This document shows positions 12,030 through 21,867 of a stretch of 49,728 nt of DNA, one piece after another. The notes under the pieces were generated by a model. The model was given only the letters and a program-made list of their open reading frames with translations. It had not been told where the DNA came from and ran no database searches. A program made the position numbers and the translations under genes. The stretch covers positions 1-49,728 of the forward strand of contig JAADVB010000138.1 of NCBI GenBank assembly GCA_023334545.1, given 5' to 3'. The DNA is from Salisapilia sapeloensis CBS 127946 (Eukaryota > Protista > Oomycota). Every line of letters starts with the position of its first letter. Within the stretch, counting starts at the first letter, position 1.

Positions 12030-12237
12030 CGAATGCAAGAGTTTACATACAACGAAACAGTCTTTTTCAATCTTGTGCGCTTGCAGGTCTTGTGTCGAAT
12101 GCTTTTATCTATTCAAAATCTATTTCAGCCCTTGTGCTCCCAAAGGATAGAAAAGCGTTAGACGAAGCTAACGAACCGAGATCTCGGACGCATCTTCTCA
12201 ACCATCCCTATCATCAAAAGTTAGTAGAGTATCTAGT

Positions 12238-13285
12238 CTATTTCATGGAGGAGTACATACAGCGTCTAGCAAAGATAGAATGTAGAATGGCGAGGAGAAG
12301 AACCAACGCAGTGATGCCCATGACGATTTGCGTTCGAAGAGATGCTTCTCGGAGGCTGCTGATCTTTGGTCCTTCGTCCTGCGCGACAAGCAGATTGAAG
12401 TAGACGGCTGCGACGAGGGTGCAGAGAGCAAAGATACCCCAGATGACGCCCCAGCAGCGACTGGATGTGTGTGTCATCTTGGCGAATACGGACGCGTCGC
12501 TCTGGTTGACACGACGTGAGATGAGGTCGTCCCAGATGTCGTAGACGGAGAAGAGGCAGCTCATGACGCCGATGAATAAGGTAGCGTATTGACAAGGGTC
12601 GGCGTCGGTGGCAAAGTCGAGAGCGAGGAGACCGCCCAGGAGAAGAATGAAGCCAATGTTCAGCAGTCGGAAGTAGTTGTTCTTAGCGTAGAAGATAAAG
12701 ATGACCAGGAAGAAGATAAGGACGAAGGCTGCAATCTCTGAGGCCAATTGATATCCACTGTATCACGCATTGAGTCATCTTTAATAATGTATGTGAGGAT
12801 ATTATGTACCTTGCAATGAGGAGAGCCATGCCCCAGACGCCAGATCCGATGTACCCCTAAGCAAAAGCGATAAAATAGGTTTCTAAAAAAGGGAAAGAAG
12901 AAGACGTACAGCAGAAAGGATGATCCATTGGATACCGCCGACAGTTCTCGTCACACCACCTTCATTCGGCTGGACGTCCATGCTCTTAACCTTACCACCA
13001 GTAAGCCACGCAGCCGTGGCGTGACTCAGTTCATGGAGAAAGACCGTTCTATCGTACCATCAGACAAAGCACAACGAGTAGAGACGCCAAGGTAGAGCAT
13101 ACAGGATCTTAAATGGGTGAAGAATGGCCAGTTTCCATCTATATCAGTAGGTTAAGTCGAGCAATTCAAGGAATCAGGAGTCGAGGCGCAGTGACGTACA
13201 GCTTAAAGATGAGGATTGCGTAGCAGATAATGAGGAAGATGGAGAAGAACTGCTTGTCGTTGCAGCAGTCAAGTGTCCAGTCCAT
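12238..13285 (-). CDS. Peptidase M50B-like intramembrane metalloprotease; 5 exons
   Basis: Spliced product MDWTLDCCNDKQFF...HPFKILTVFLHELSHATAAWLTGG...NEGGVT...SAGYIGS has the HExxH motif, several TM helices and SVYDIWDDLISRRVNQSDA. Introns 13139-13199, 13049-13102, 12857-12909 and 12758-12809. Confidence 0.88.
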
Positions 13286-13452
13286 GCTGTCGAGTATAAA
13301 GTAGGAGAATGGAGAGGCAGGTACGCTTGAGTACCAAGTGGTGGAGGTTTAGAATGAATTTTTCTGTGACAAGATGGCTTCACAACAATACACTTGCCAT
13401 TTGGTATCCATACAAAGGACAAGTCAATTAAAATACACTTAACACACAAAGA

Positions 13453-14632
13453 ATGGATGGAAAAAAGCGACCTCGAGCCGACTTATTAGCGTCGTTAGAT
13501 GCAGCCTTTGCGTCGAAGCCAAAGCCGAAAGAGTCCAAGTATACTGCATCCACGACTGTGCAGGCTGCAAGTGCGGCATCACAACAGGCGTATCAGCATT
13601 CTAAACGTGGTAAGAATAAGAAGCGCAGAGGACAGAATACTACGCCCATCTCGGCGGAGAAGAAGGCACCGACAGATGTGAAAAATCCTGGCAATGCGAC
13701 CAGCTCCAAGAAGCATCAAGTGGATCCTTTGTATGGGAAGCTGCCGACAGAGGTGCTGTCAATTGGATTGAAGAACTGTTCGTTGCATGCGCAATTGGGC
13801 AAGTCGAAGAAGGTCCAGCGCTCGGGAGCTGTGCTAAACAAGTACTTGGTGCATGCCATGCAACCACTTGCCTCGGGCAATGTGTCTGGCAATAAAAGAG
13901 CTGGAGTCGATCCACCGAATGATATGTTACGAGCGAAGGTGGTGCAACTGGATAATCCGCCGAAGCCCACCGTAAAGCAAGTGGAAGGTATGTCTCAGAC
14001 GGCAAAGCTCATGAGCAGTCGACAGCGGAGAAAGCTGGGTTTGCATCTTATGAAGGGAGAGATGAAGTGCGTTATAGTGCATTACGTGAAAAGGCGATCT
14101 ACTGAAAGTTGCGTAGGGTCGAGGATGCGAAGAAACTACAAGAAATTTGGCAACGGTATGCATGGAGTGTCCTCGAATCCGAGTGGTACGTGTGTATACG
14201 TGTCATATCGTTGATTCGTGCTTATTGGTTGCTAGCTGTGCGTATCGAGATCAGCCAGGCCGTAGTGCTCGACTGGAGAAACTGATGAAACCGATGGATC
14301 TGTCTGGCGCTCCCATCGAAAGTACATGTTCATACTTCCCTAGGACAATCAGATGATCTAACGTCCATATTCTAGTCGTGTCTGCATCTCACCCTTGTAA
14401 CGTCGGGTTAAAGGGAATCATAATGGCAGAGCATCAGAATGTTATCCAGATATGCTCCGTCTCGAGTGGCAAGATTCAGAGTATTTACGGTCTTATTCGT
14501 AATCGTAAAGAAGGTTTTTTAACAGTTCGTTGTCTAGCGCTGCCTCGACGCGACGTGACAATGCGCATTCATGTCCAGGATAGCTGTCAGCTACTAGTGG
14601 ACGGATCGTGGCTTCAGACGCGCATACAGTAG
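13453..14632 (+). CDS. POP4: RNase P/MRP subunit POP4/Rpp29; 4-5 exons
   Basis: The spliced C-terminus has LQEIWQRYAWSVL...MDLSGAPIEIVSASHPCNVGLKGIIMAEHQNVIQI...LALPRRDVTMRI, which matches the Rpp29 beta-barrel. Introns 14067-14116, 14186-14235, 14322-14375 and a 45-nt in-frame candidate at 14481-14525. Confidence 0.8.
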
Positions 14633-15501
14633 CCGGTATAGACATACAGGTCGAACTGTACGAAGCGTCGCGATGAACAGGCAGTTTGGACACACATGCG
14701 TTCTGCCACCTCGTAACGGGTTGTCCGAACACGAGTATCTTGTGGGTGATGTCGCCTGATCAGCACGCACCCTGTGGTATCATTCGATGCAGAAAGAATC
14801 GTACGCCGTTTTTTCAATAAACAAGTGGATGCGCATGTTGCTAATCAGGCTCAAGTATAGAGTGGCTTGTCGTGTGTTCTCTCGTGCGTAAAGCGATTCG
14901 TCTTGTAGTCGTGTTGGATCGGAACAGTAAAAGACAGGATATAGGCGTGCGACAGCGACTGGGGCGACCTTTTACCATCCAAGCTAGCGTTTGCAGCTTT
15001 TCGGCTGGAGGAGCCACCATTCGGTATTACACCGCTGTCGTCATACCAGCACTCTTTCATTCGACTAACTTATATTCGCTTGATCATTGAGCACATTCTT
15101 TCTAGTCTATTCTAATCCGTTTCCATCTATCAAAAGGCACATCTATCTCGCGTCCTCCCTGTCTATCGACTGAGTAGCAGCGTTCCGAAGCTAAAAAAAA
15201 TCGGCGCCCCATCCCCTGTCGTCTCCTTGTCGACTATACGTTTCTAATCCAGCTCTTTTTCTTCCAATAACCGTCCATCAAACGTGTTTCTAACCAGCTC
15301 CAGTTGAAAAAAAACCACTTGTGGGTGTAACTTTCAGTTCTCCAGCACTCGGTCGCCAAGCAAAGGACCTCTGCCACTCTTTCCATCGCGTACGAGGAGA
15401 TCAGTTGCCTCGTAGAGTACAAGGACGAGTGTACACGAGAAAAGGAAACGACTGAAGGAGCAACATCGTCCCATCTTTGACAGGGCGTCCCGTGAAAAAT
15501 C

Positions 15502-18500
15502 ATGACTAGTCGCAGGTCGCTCACGAGCACAGGACACGGCGAAGGCGGAAGCCCTCCTAGGGAAAGCGACGCAGTCTACATGACAGAGGCGCTAGAGACC
15601 CAGCGGCAGATGTGTGACGAGGCCATGGACCTCGTCAACCGTGGCGTGGCGCTCCAGAACGCCACGCCGCCCAATGCCCGAGACGCGGAATCCACACTCG
15701 CACGTGCCGTCGAGATCATGGAACAGGCGCTGTCGATACGGTACGGATCGGCAGAAGAGAGGGAAGCTGCCCAGCGTCTGAATAACAAGATGCTTCGGTA
15801 CGTCAAGATGATTAAAAGTCAGCGTAATAAGCAGTCTGCCGTCGGGGGACCAGGCAAGACGAAGCGCTCGGTCGTCAAGCACAACGTATTGGAGATGGAA
15901 CGACCACCGGAAGTGTACGCTCCGTTGGTCCAGATGATGCACAACTCGCCTACGCTAGGTGACATTTGTGCCAGTCTCAAGCGCACCTTTGGCTTCCAAG
16001 AAGGCAACGTGCTGAATCAAAAGGAGCATCTGATCATGCTCTTGACGAATTTCAAAGAGCGTGGGGAAGAAGACGAAGGGAAGAAGAAAAAGAAGAAGAA
16101 GAAGAATCCGACGGAAGAGGAAGCCATGGCGGATTATGAACGTCAGCGTGACCCTCAGTTGGAGATGGAGATGGCGTCCAAGGCAGTCAAAGCCATGCAC
16201 GTTCGCGTCTTTGATAACTACACTAAGTGGTGCAAGTACGTTGGTCAGAAGCCAAAGTTCACGAACGATCCGCTGGTAGACATATCCCTCTTCTTCCTTA
16301 TTTGGGGTGAAGCAGGCAACTTTCGTCAGACGCCAGAACTCCTCTGCTTCTTGCTCCACAACATGCTTCCTATGGCCACGAGCGGCGGGTCCCAGGAGCC
16401 TGGATATTTCTTGGAAACGACCATCCGTCCGATGTACTTAGAAATGAAGCGTGACAATGACAAGAAGACGTCCAAGGGCGCACGTGCCGGTCACGGTCAG
16501 ATCCGTAACTACGACGACATCAATGAGTTCTTTTGGAGCAAAAAGTGTCTCAAGTACAATCTCGAGACGATCGGCCAGGCGTTTGGCACGTACGACAAGA
16601 AGGGTCGTCCGAAGGTCGTGAAGAAGACGTTTCGGGAGAAGCGTAGTTGGTTCCGAGCCATTTTGTCTTTCCGTCGTATATTCTTTTTCAACTGTGCTCT
16701 GTTCATGGCGACACTTGGCTTTGCGATGAACATGGTCCTCATGTGTCCAGACAGTCCGATCATGTACGGCGAGGACATCCAGCCTCTGCAAACAACTGAC
16801 GTGTTCTCAATTCTTGGTCACAAGTATGCTCAGCCGACGCCGGAAGACGGTCTTCCACAAAACGAAGATGATGAGATTACATTTGATCCGGATGCGAAAG
16901 ACGGATGTCTGCCTGCTCGTCTCGCTTCTTGTCTCGGTGTCGAGTACTTTGTCGAAGGAGACACGTTCAGTACGTTGCCAATCGACTTCAAGACGCTGCT
17001 GCAGGTCGTGCCGTTCACGGACTGTCTGAGTAAGCAAGTGGGCCGCTGCAGTTGCTACCACGACACGATCAACAAGTGCTTTGAGCAGTCCGGTACGGCC
17101 GACATGATCGACCCTGACACGCTCGCAGCATCCGAAGTAACGTACGATCAGAGCAAGTGTCTTCCGGACTGGAAGAAGCGTGTGGAACAGATTCTGGACG
17201 ACAATGACGACGGGTACTTGAACTGCAAACAGTGCAGCATCGATCCGTCGAGTCTAATCTCCGATCCTATGCGTCTCGTTCAGATGTTTCAAGGTATCAT
17301 TGACTTTGGACGTAAGGACATGGGTGTCTTGTGCATGGGTTTCGGCGTTGCGTTCCTAGTCCTATTTTGCGTCTTGGAGCTACAGAACCGTTTCTTCAGT
17401 GGCTTTGGCATTGGTTTCACTGGTCGTAAACTGCCTCTTCCGATCTCGATCTGGTGCAGGAACATTGGCTTTTGGATCATTCTGTTGATCATCAAATTGA
17501 TCTTTGACTATCAATTCGTCATCAAGAGTCTAGTCGAGACGTCGTTCTTCATCTGGAACGCAGATGAAGACGACTACCTTCAGTACTCGCACTTTATGAT
17601 CCAGTTCTCTTTCCACAACATTGCCTTCTTGCTCTTCTTGTGGGTCCCTGCATGGGTCGTCTTCATGTACGACGCACAGATCTTTTACTCGATCTTATCC
17701 GTCATCTACGGTTCATTCACGGGTTTCAACCTTCGCATTGGTGAACTTCGGTCGTTCCGTATCTTGCGACTGACGTTCAAGTCGATCCCGGGCGTCTTTA
17801 ACAAGAAGATTGTACCGAATATCCTCGAGACGGAGCAAAAGAAGAAGCGAAGGAAGAAGAAGGATAACAAGTCGGGTCCAGATGACGTTGCCATGCCCGT
17901 ACGTCGCTTTGAACGCGTGTCCATGTCCCAAGGCTCCAAGCCCTTGACGGTCAAGGCTGTCAAGTACAGTAGTCTGTTGGAGCAACGAGAAGACGATGTG
18001 TATAGCGAGATGCGGACGCCGAACGCCGGAGAGGACGAGACGTCTTCTCAAGTGAGTCGATCGTCCCACATGGGCTCCATCACTGGTGTCGCTGGTGCCG
18101 AGTTTGAACGCACGATTCCATTCGCCATGGCCTGGAACCGTTGTCTCGCGAGTCTGCGTGAAGCGGATGTGATCAGCGACCGAGAGCTGAATGTGCTGAG
18201 CTACTTGATTGACAGTAAAGACACGTCTGGTCGAAAGTTATACCCGCCTGCGTTCCTCACGGCTGGCAAGTTGGACGAATCGATTGACATTGTCTTGGAG
18301 TGTGCTGCCTTGTACGATAAACTCAAGACGGATAAGAAGAAGAAGGACAAGACGTTGCAAAAGATTGAAGTGACGATGCGCGAGCGTCTGATTAAGGACG
18401 ACTTGCGGATGGAATCGATCATTGGATCGTACAAGTTCTCGTCTCAAGTGCTGCGTATCCTTCTCGGAGATGAACATAAGGAGCTGGATGACTGCTTTGC

Positions 18501-21500
18501 CTTCATGGAAGAGATGGTTGCGAATAAACAAGTGCTCAAGGCATTGAATCTTGGCAACTTGTACCAGACACGCGCGGCGTTGGCAGAACTGATGAAATCC
18601 ATCCTTGAAGTGCCAAAGAAGTCGACGGAATCGAGCATCAAGTTCCAACGCGCGCTGTACAAGGTGATTGACTCGGTCGAGAACGTCATTGGATGCCTCA
18701 AGGTCATGCTCGGCAAGCAAGAGACGCTCGTGCAGATCCTGAACGACACGCCTTTGAAACCGAACTCGTTCTTCTTCCCTGGAGACGGACAGTACTATGC
18801 CAGTCTTCAGCTGCAGAAGATTGTCAACTCGGAAGCAGCTCTGGATATTGTCTCTCGAGCCTACCAATTGCTTACGGTGGACAACTTTGATGCCGAACCA
18901 AGGTCGGAGGAAGGACGTCGACGTCTTCGATTCTTTGCCAACTCGCTCTTTATGAGTATGCCAGAAGCACAGCCGATTCGAAAGATGCACTCCCTCACGG
19001 TGTCGACACCGTACTATAGCGAAATTGTCATGTACTCGATCAAGGACTTGACCACCGTCAACGACGACAGTGTCAAGCTTCTCTATTACCTCCAGACAGT
19101 CTACGAGTACGAGTGGGAGAACTTGCTGGAGCGTATTGGCGCCAAGGACATTGCCGAGGCGTTAAAGAAGCACCCGGAAGAGGTGCAGCTGTGGGCTAGT
19201 TACCGAGGTCAGACGCTTGCGAGAACTGTGCGTGGTATGATGTACAATGAGGACGCCATCCGGTTCCTCCACTGGCTCGAGATTGGTGAAAACGAAGTCA
19301 TGCACCAGTACGGATGTCCGTGCAACAAGTGCAAGCGTCTGGATGAGATGGTTGCGCTTAAGTTCAACTACGTCTGTACGTGTCAGATCTATGGCAAGCA
19401 AAAGGACGAACAGAAGCAACAGGCGACGGACATTGACTTTTTACTCAAGAAACACCCGAGTCTGCGTGTGGCCTATGTCGATGGACCGAAGAAGGTCAAG
19501 GACGGCCCGCCCAAGTTCTTTTCGGTGCTCGTACGCTCTGTGGAAGACAAGGTGCAGGAGATCTATCGTGTGGAACTCCCGGGTGACCCGATCATTGGAG
19601 AAGGTAAGCCGGAAAACCAGAACCACGCCATCATCTTCTCTCGTGGTGAGCTCCTCCAATGTATCGATATGAACCAAGATGGGTACTTCGAGGAATGTCT
19701 TAAGATGCCCAACTTACTCGCGACCATGGATGACCACAAGGACAAGCGCCCGTTGACGATCATTGGTTTCCGTGAACACGTTTTCACGGGCGGTGTCTCC
19801 AACTTGGCTAGTTTCATGTCCATTCAGGAACTGTCCTTCGTGTCGCTTGGTCAACGTATGCTCGCTCGATTCAGCGTCCGTCAGCACTATGGTCACCCCG
19901 ATATCTTCGACAAGCTCTTCGCTATGACGACGGGAGGTACTGCCAAGGCTTCCAAGGGTATCAACCTGTCAGAAGATATTTTTGCCGGTTTCAACACGAC
20001 GCTACGTGGTGGACGTGTCTCTCACGAAGAGTTCATCCAAGTCGGCAAGGGCCGTGATGTCGGTATGCAACAACTGGCGCAGTTCGAGGCCAAGCTGTCG
20101 TCTGGTGCCGGTGAGTGTGTCGTGTCTCGCGATGCCATGCGTATGGCTTCTCGTCTTGACTTCTTCCGTCTCCAGTCGTGGTTCTACGGTAACTTGGGAT
20201 GGTACTTTACCCAGACGCTAACTGTTATCGGTATCTACTTCTTCATCTACGGTAAAGTGTACATGGCCCTAAGTGGTATGGACGAGTACTTCCTCAGCCA
20301 CGGTGGCATTGGTATCGGAGGTACGTTGAACACTTCGTGGGCGTTCCAGTTCGGCTTCCTGCTTGTGATCCCTGTCATTGCCGTCGTCGGTGTCGAACGT
20401 GGTTTCCGACACGGATTCTCGTACTTGCTATGGAACTGTCTAACGCTCGGTCCGGTCTTCTTTACCTTCCAAATGGGTACTCGTATGCACTACTTCGACC
20501 GTACGCTCATTCACGGTGGTGCCAGATACCGTGCCACCGGTCGTGGTTTCACGATCAAGCACGAGAAGTTCGCTGAGCTCTTCCGATTCTACGCTTTCAC
20601 ACACTTTTACCGTGGTGTCGAGTTAGTCTTCCTGCTGATTTTGTTTGCTGCCTACGGAACGTTCTCTTGGTGCAATTGTTCATGGCGACTGGATGAAGAC
20701 TTTTACCAGAATGTCCAGCCGTCTGCACTCGAATGGAAGACGCGATGCTATGCCAACCACTACCAGACGTGTGTGCTCCCGACGAACCAGAACTATGGCA
20801 TTATGTCCTTCTCTCTGTGGATCATTGCTGCAACCTGGCTATGGGCTCCGTTCTTCTTCAACCCGAGCGGATTGGACTGGGACAAGGTCATCGAAGACTA
20901 CACGGACTGGCAGAACTGGCTCAAGACGACGAACGACTCGGCCGAGTCGTGGTTTGGCTGGTGGTCGAGCGACTTGGAGTACCTCGAACACTCTTCGTTC
21001 GGCGCGCGCTTCTTTTCCATGCTGCGCAAGACTCGCTTCTTGCTACTGGCGCTTGGTATCTACCTCCAACTAGCTTACAAGGCGTACTTTGAGAACCAGA
21101 ACAGGGTCATTACGGCCGATGACAACATGGTGACGTACATTCTGGCAGCCACGGTCATTGTCATCTTCGTCTTGCTCGTCTGCGGAGGCTATATGGCGAG
21201 TCGGATAACCAAGAAGATGTCCATGAAGCAACGCAAGCTTCGAAAGACGAAGTTCCTGCTCACGTGTCTGCTGCTGCTCATTGCCTTTGTCAGTCTGACG
21301 GTGCTCACCATTGCCAACGTGCTCGAATGCATCCTCATTCTGATGCTCGCGACGTACTGGTTCATGCAGTTGTGTATCTACCGACTGCAGTACCACCACA
21401 TTGTCGTGCGAGCGCTTGCTCGAGCATACGACCGTTTCGTTGGCTGGATCGTCTTCGGCCCCATACTCTTCATCGCCATGTTCCTCCCGTTCATTAGCTC

Positions 21501-21645
21501 CTTCCAACAGCGTGTGATGTTCAACAGCGCCTTCACTGCCGGCATGGAAGTGTCCAAACTGTTTTCACACGAAGCCGCGCCGACGCAGCAAGTGGTCAAG
21601 GTGAAGCGGGTGAAGAACAAGAAGAAGGACAAGCACGCAGAGTAG
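15502..21645 (+). CDS. FKS1: 1,3-beta-glucan (callose) synthase, GT48; 2047 aa, single exon
   Basis: FKS1 domain (FLIWGEAGNFRQTPELLCF) and glucan synthase motifs (QLWASYRGQTLARTVRGMM, GEGKPENQNHA, IDMNQD, HYGHPDIFD, SEDIFAG, QVGKGRDVG, YRATGRGF); many TM helices. Confidence 0.97.
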   Translation: MTSRRSLTSTGHGEGGSPPRESDAVYMTEALETQRQMCDEAMDLVNRGVALQNATPPNARDAESTLARAVEIMEQALSIRYGSAEEREAAQRLNNKMLRYVKMIKSQRNKQSAVGGPGKTKRSVVKHNVLEMERPPEVYAPLVQMMHNSPTLGDICASLKRTFGFQEGNVLNQKEHLIMLLTNFKERGEEDEGKKKKKKKKNPTEEEAMADYERQRDPQLEMEMASKAVKAMHVRVFDNYTKWCKYVGQKPKFTNDPLVDISLFFLIWGEAGNFRQTPELLCFLLHNMLPMATSGGSQEPGYFLETTIRPMYLEMKRDNDKKTSKGARAGHGQIRNYDDINEFFWSKKCLKYNLETIGQAFGTYDKKGRPKVVKKTFREKRSWFRAILSFRRIFFFNCALFMATLGFAMNMVLMCPDSPIMYGEDIQPLQTTDVFSILGHKYAQPTPEDGLPQNEDDEITFDPDAKDGCLPARLASCLGVEYFVEGDTFSTLPIDFKTLLQVVPFTDCLSKQVGRCSCYHDTINKCFEQSGTADMIDPDTLAASEVTYDQSKCLPDWKKRVEQILDDNDDGYLNCKQCSIDPSSLISDPMRLVQMFQGIIDFGRKDMGVLCMGFGVAFLVLFCVLELQNRFFSGFGIGFTGRKLPLPISIWCRNIGFWIILLIIKLIFDYQFVIKSLVETSFFIWNADEDDYLQYSHFMIQFSFHNIAFLLFLWVPAWVVFMYDAQIFYSILSVIYGSFTGFNLRIGELRSFRILRLTFKSIPGVFNKKIVPNILETEQKKKRRKKKDNKSGPDDVAMPVRRFERVSMSQGSKPLTVKAVKYSSLLEQREDDVYSEMRTPNAGEDETSSQVSRSSHMGSITGVAGAEFERTIPFAMAWNRCLASLREADVISDRELNVLSYLIDSKDTSGRKLYPPAFLTAGKLDESIDIVLECAALYDKLKTDKKKKDKTLQKIEVTMRERLIKDDLRMESIIGSYKFSSQVLRILLGDEHKELDDCFAFMEEMVANKQVLKALNLGNLYQTRAALAELMKSILEVPKKSTESSIKFQRALYKVIDSVENVIGCLKVMLGKQETLVQILNDTPLKPNSFFFPGDGQYYASLQLQKIVNSEAALDIVSRAYQLLTVDNFDAEPRSEEGRRRLRFFANSLFMSMPEAQPIRKMHSLTVSTPYYSEIVMYSIKDLTTVNDDSVKLLYYLQTVYEYEWENLLERIGAKDIAEALKKHPEEVQLWASYRGQTLARTVRGMMYNEDAIRFLHWLEIGENEVMHQYGCPCNKCKRLDEMVALKFNYVCTCQIYGKQKDEQKQQATDIDFLLKKHPSLRVAYVDGPKKVKDGPPKFFSVLVRSVEDKVQEIYRVELPGDPIIGEGKPENQNHAIIFSRGELLQCIDMNQDGYFEECLKMPNLLATMDDHKDKRPLTIIGFREHVFTGGVSNLASFMSIQELSFVSLGQRMLARFSVRQHYGHPDIFDKLFAMTTGGTAKASKGINLSEDIFAGFNTTLRGGRVSHEEFIQVGKGRDVGMQQLAQFEAKLSSGAGECVVSRDAMRMASRLDFFRLQSWFYGNLGWYFTQTLTVIGIYFFIYGKVYMALSGMDEYFLSHGGIGIGGTLNTSWAFQFGFLLVIPVIAVVGVERGFRHGFSYLLWNCLTLGPVFFTFQMGTRMHYFDRTLIHGGARYRATGRGFTIKHEKFAELFRFYAFTHFYRGVELVFLLILFAAYGTFSWCNCSWRLDEDFYQNVQPSALEWKTRCYANHYQTCVLPTNQNYGIMSFSLWIIAATWLWAPFFFNPSGLDWDKVIEDYTDWQNWLKTTNDSAESWFGWWSSDLEYLEHSSFGARFFSMLRKTRFLLLALGIYLQLAYKAYFENQNRVITADDNMVTYILAATVIVIFVLLVCGGYMASRITKKMSMKQRKLRKTKFLLTCLLLLIAFVSLTVLTIANVLECILILMLATYWFMQLCIYRLQYHHIVVRALARAYDRFVGWIVFGPILFIAMFLPFISSFQQRVMFNSAFTAGMEVSKLFSHEAAPTQQVVKVKRVKNKKKDKHAE

Positions 21646-21867
21646 TCGAGCCAAGGATGCAGTCTTATCTATGCAGCGCCTGGGCCTCGACTTCTTTGCT
21701 TGACTGGAGAATCGAGAGTAGCAATTTCTGCCCAATTTTTCTTTTTCGCATTTTCAACTTGTACTTGTTTCTTTTATTTTCTCTTAGGCCGGAAGGGATG
21801 ACGGTAGATGGCAATGAACAACTAAATTGTCTTGTATGCACTTGCTATTCTTAGTTAAAATTTACGA

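Noticed and set aside
15576-21632. Numerous alternative-frame and antisense ORFs within the glucan synthase
   Set aside because: Expected by-product of a long, codon-biased CDS; none carries a motif.
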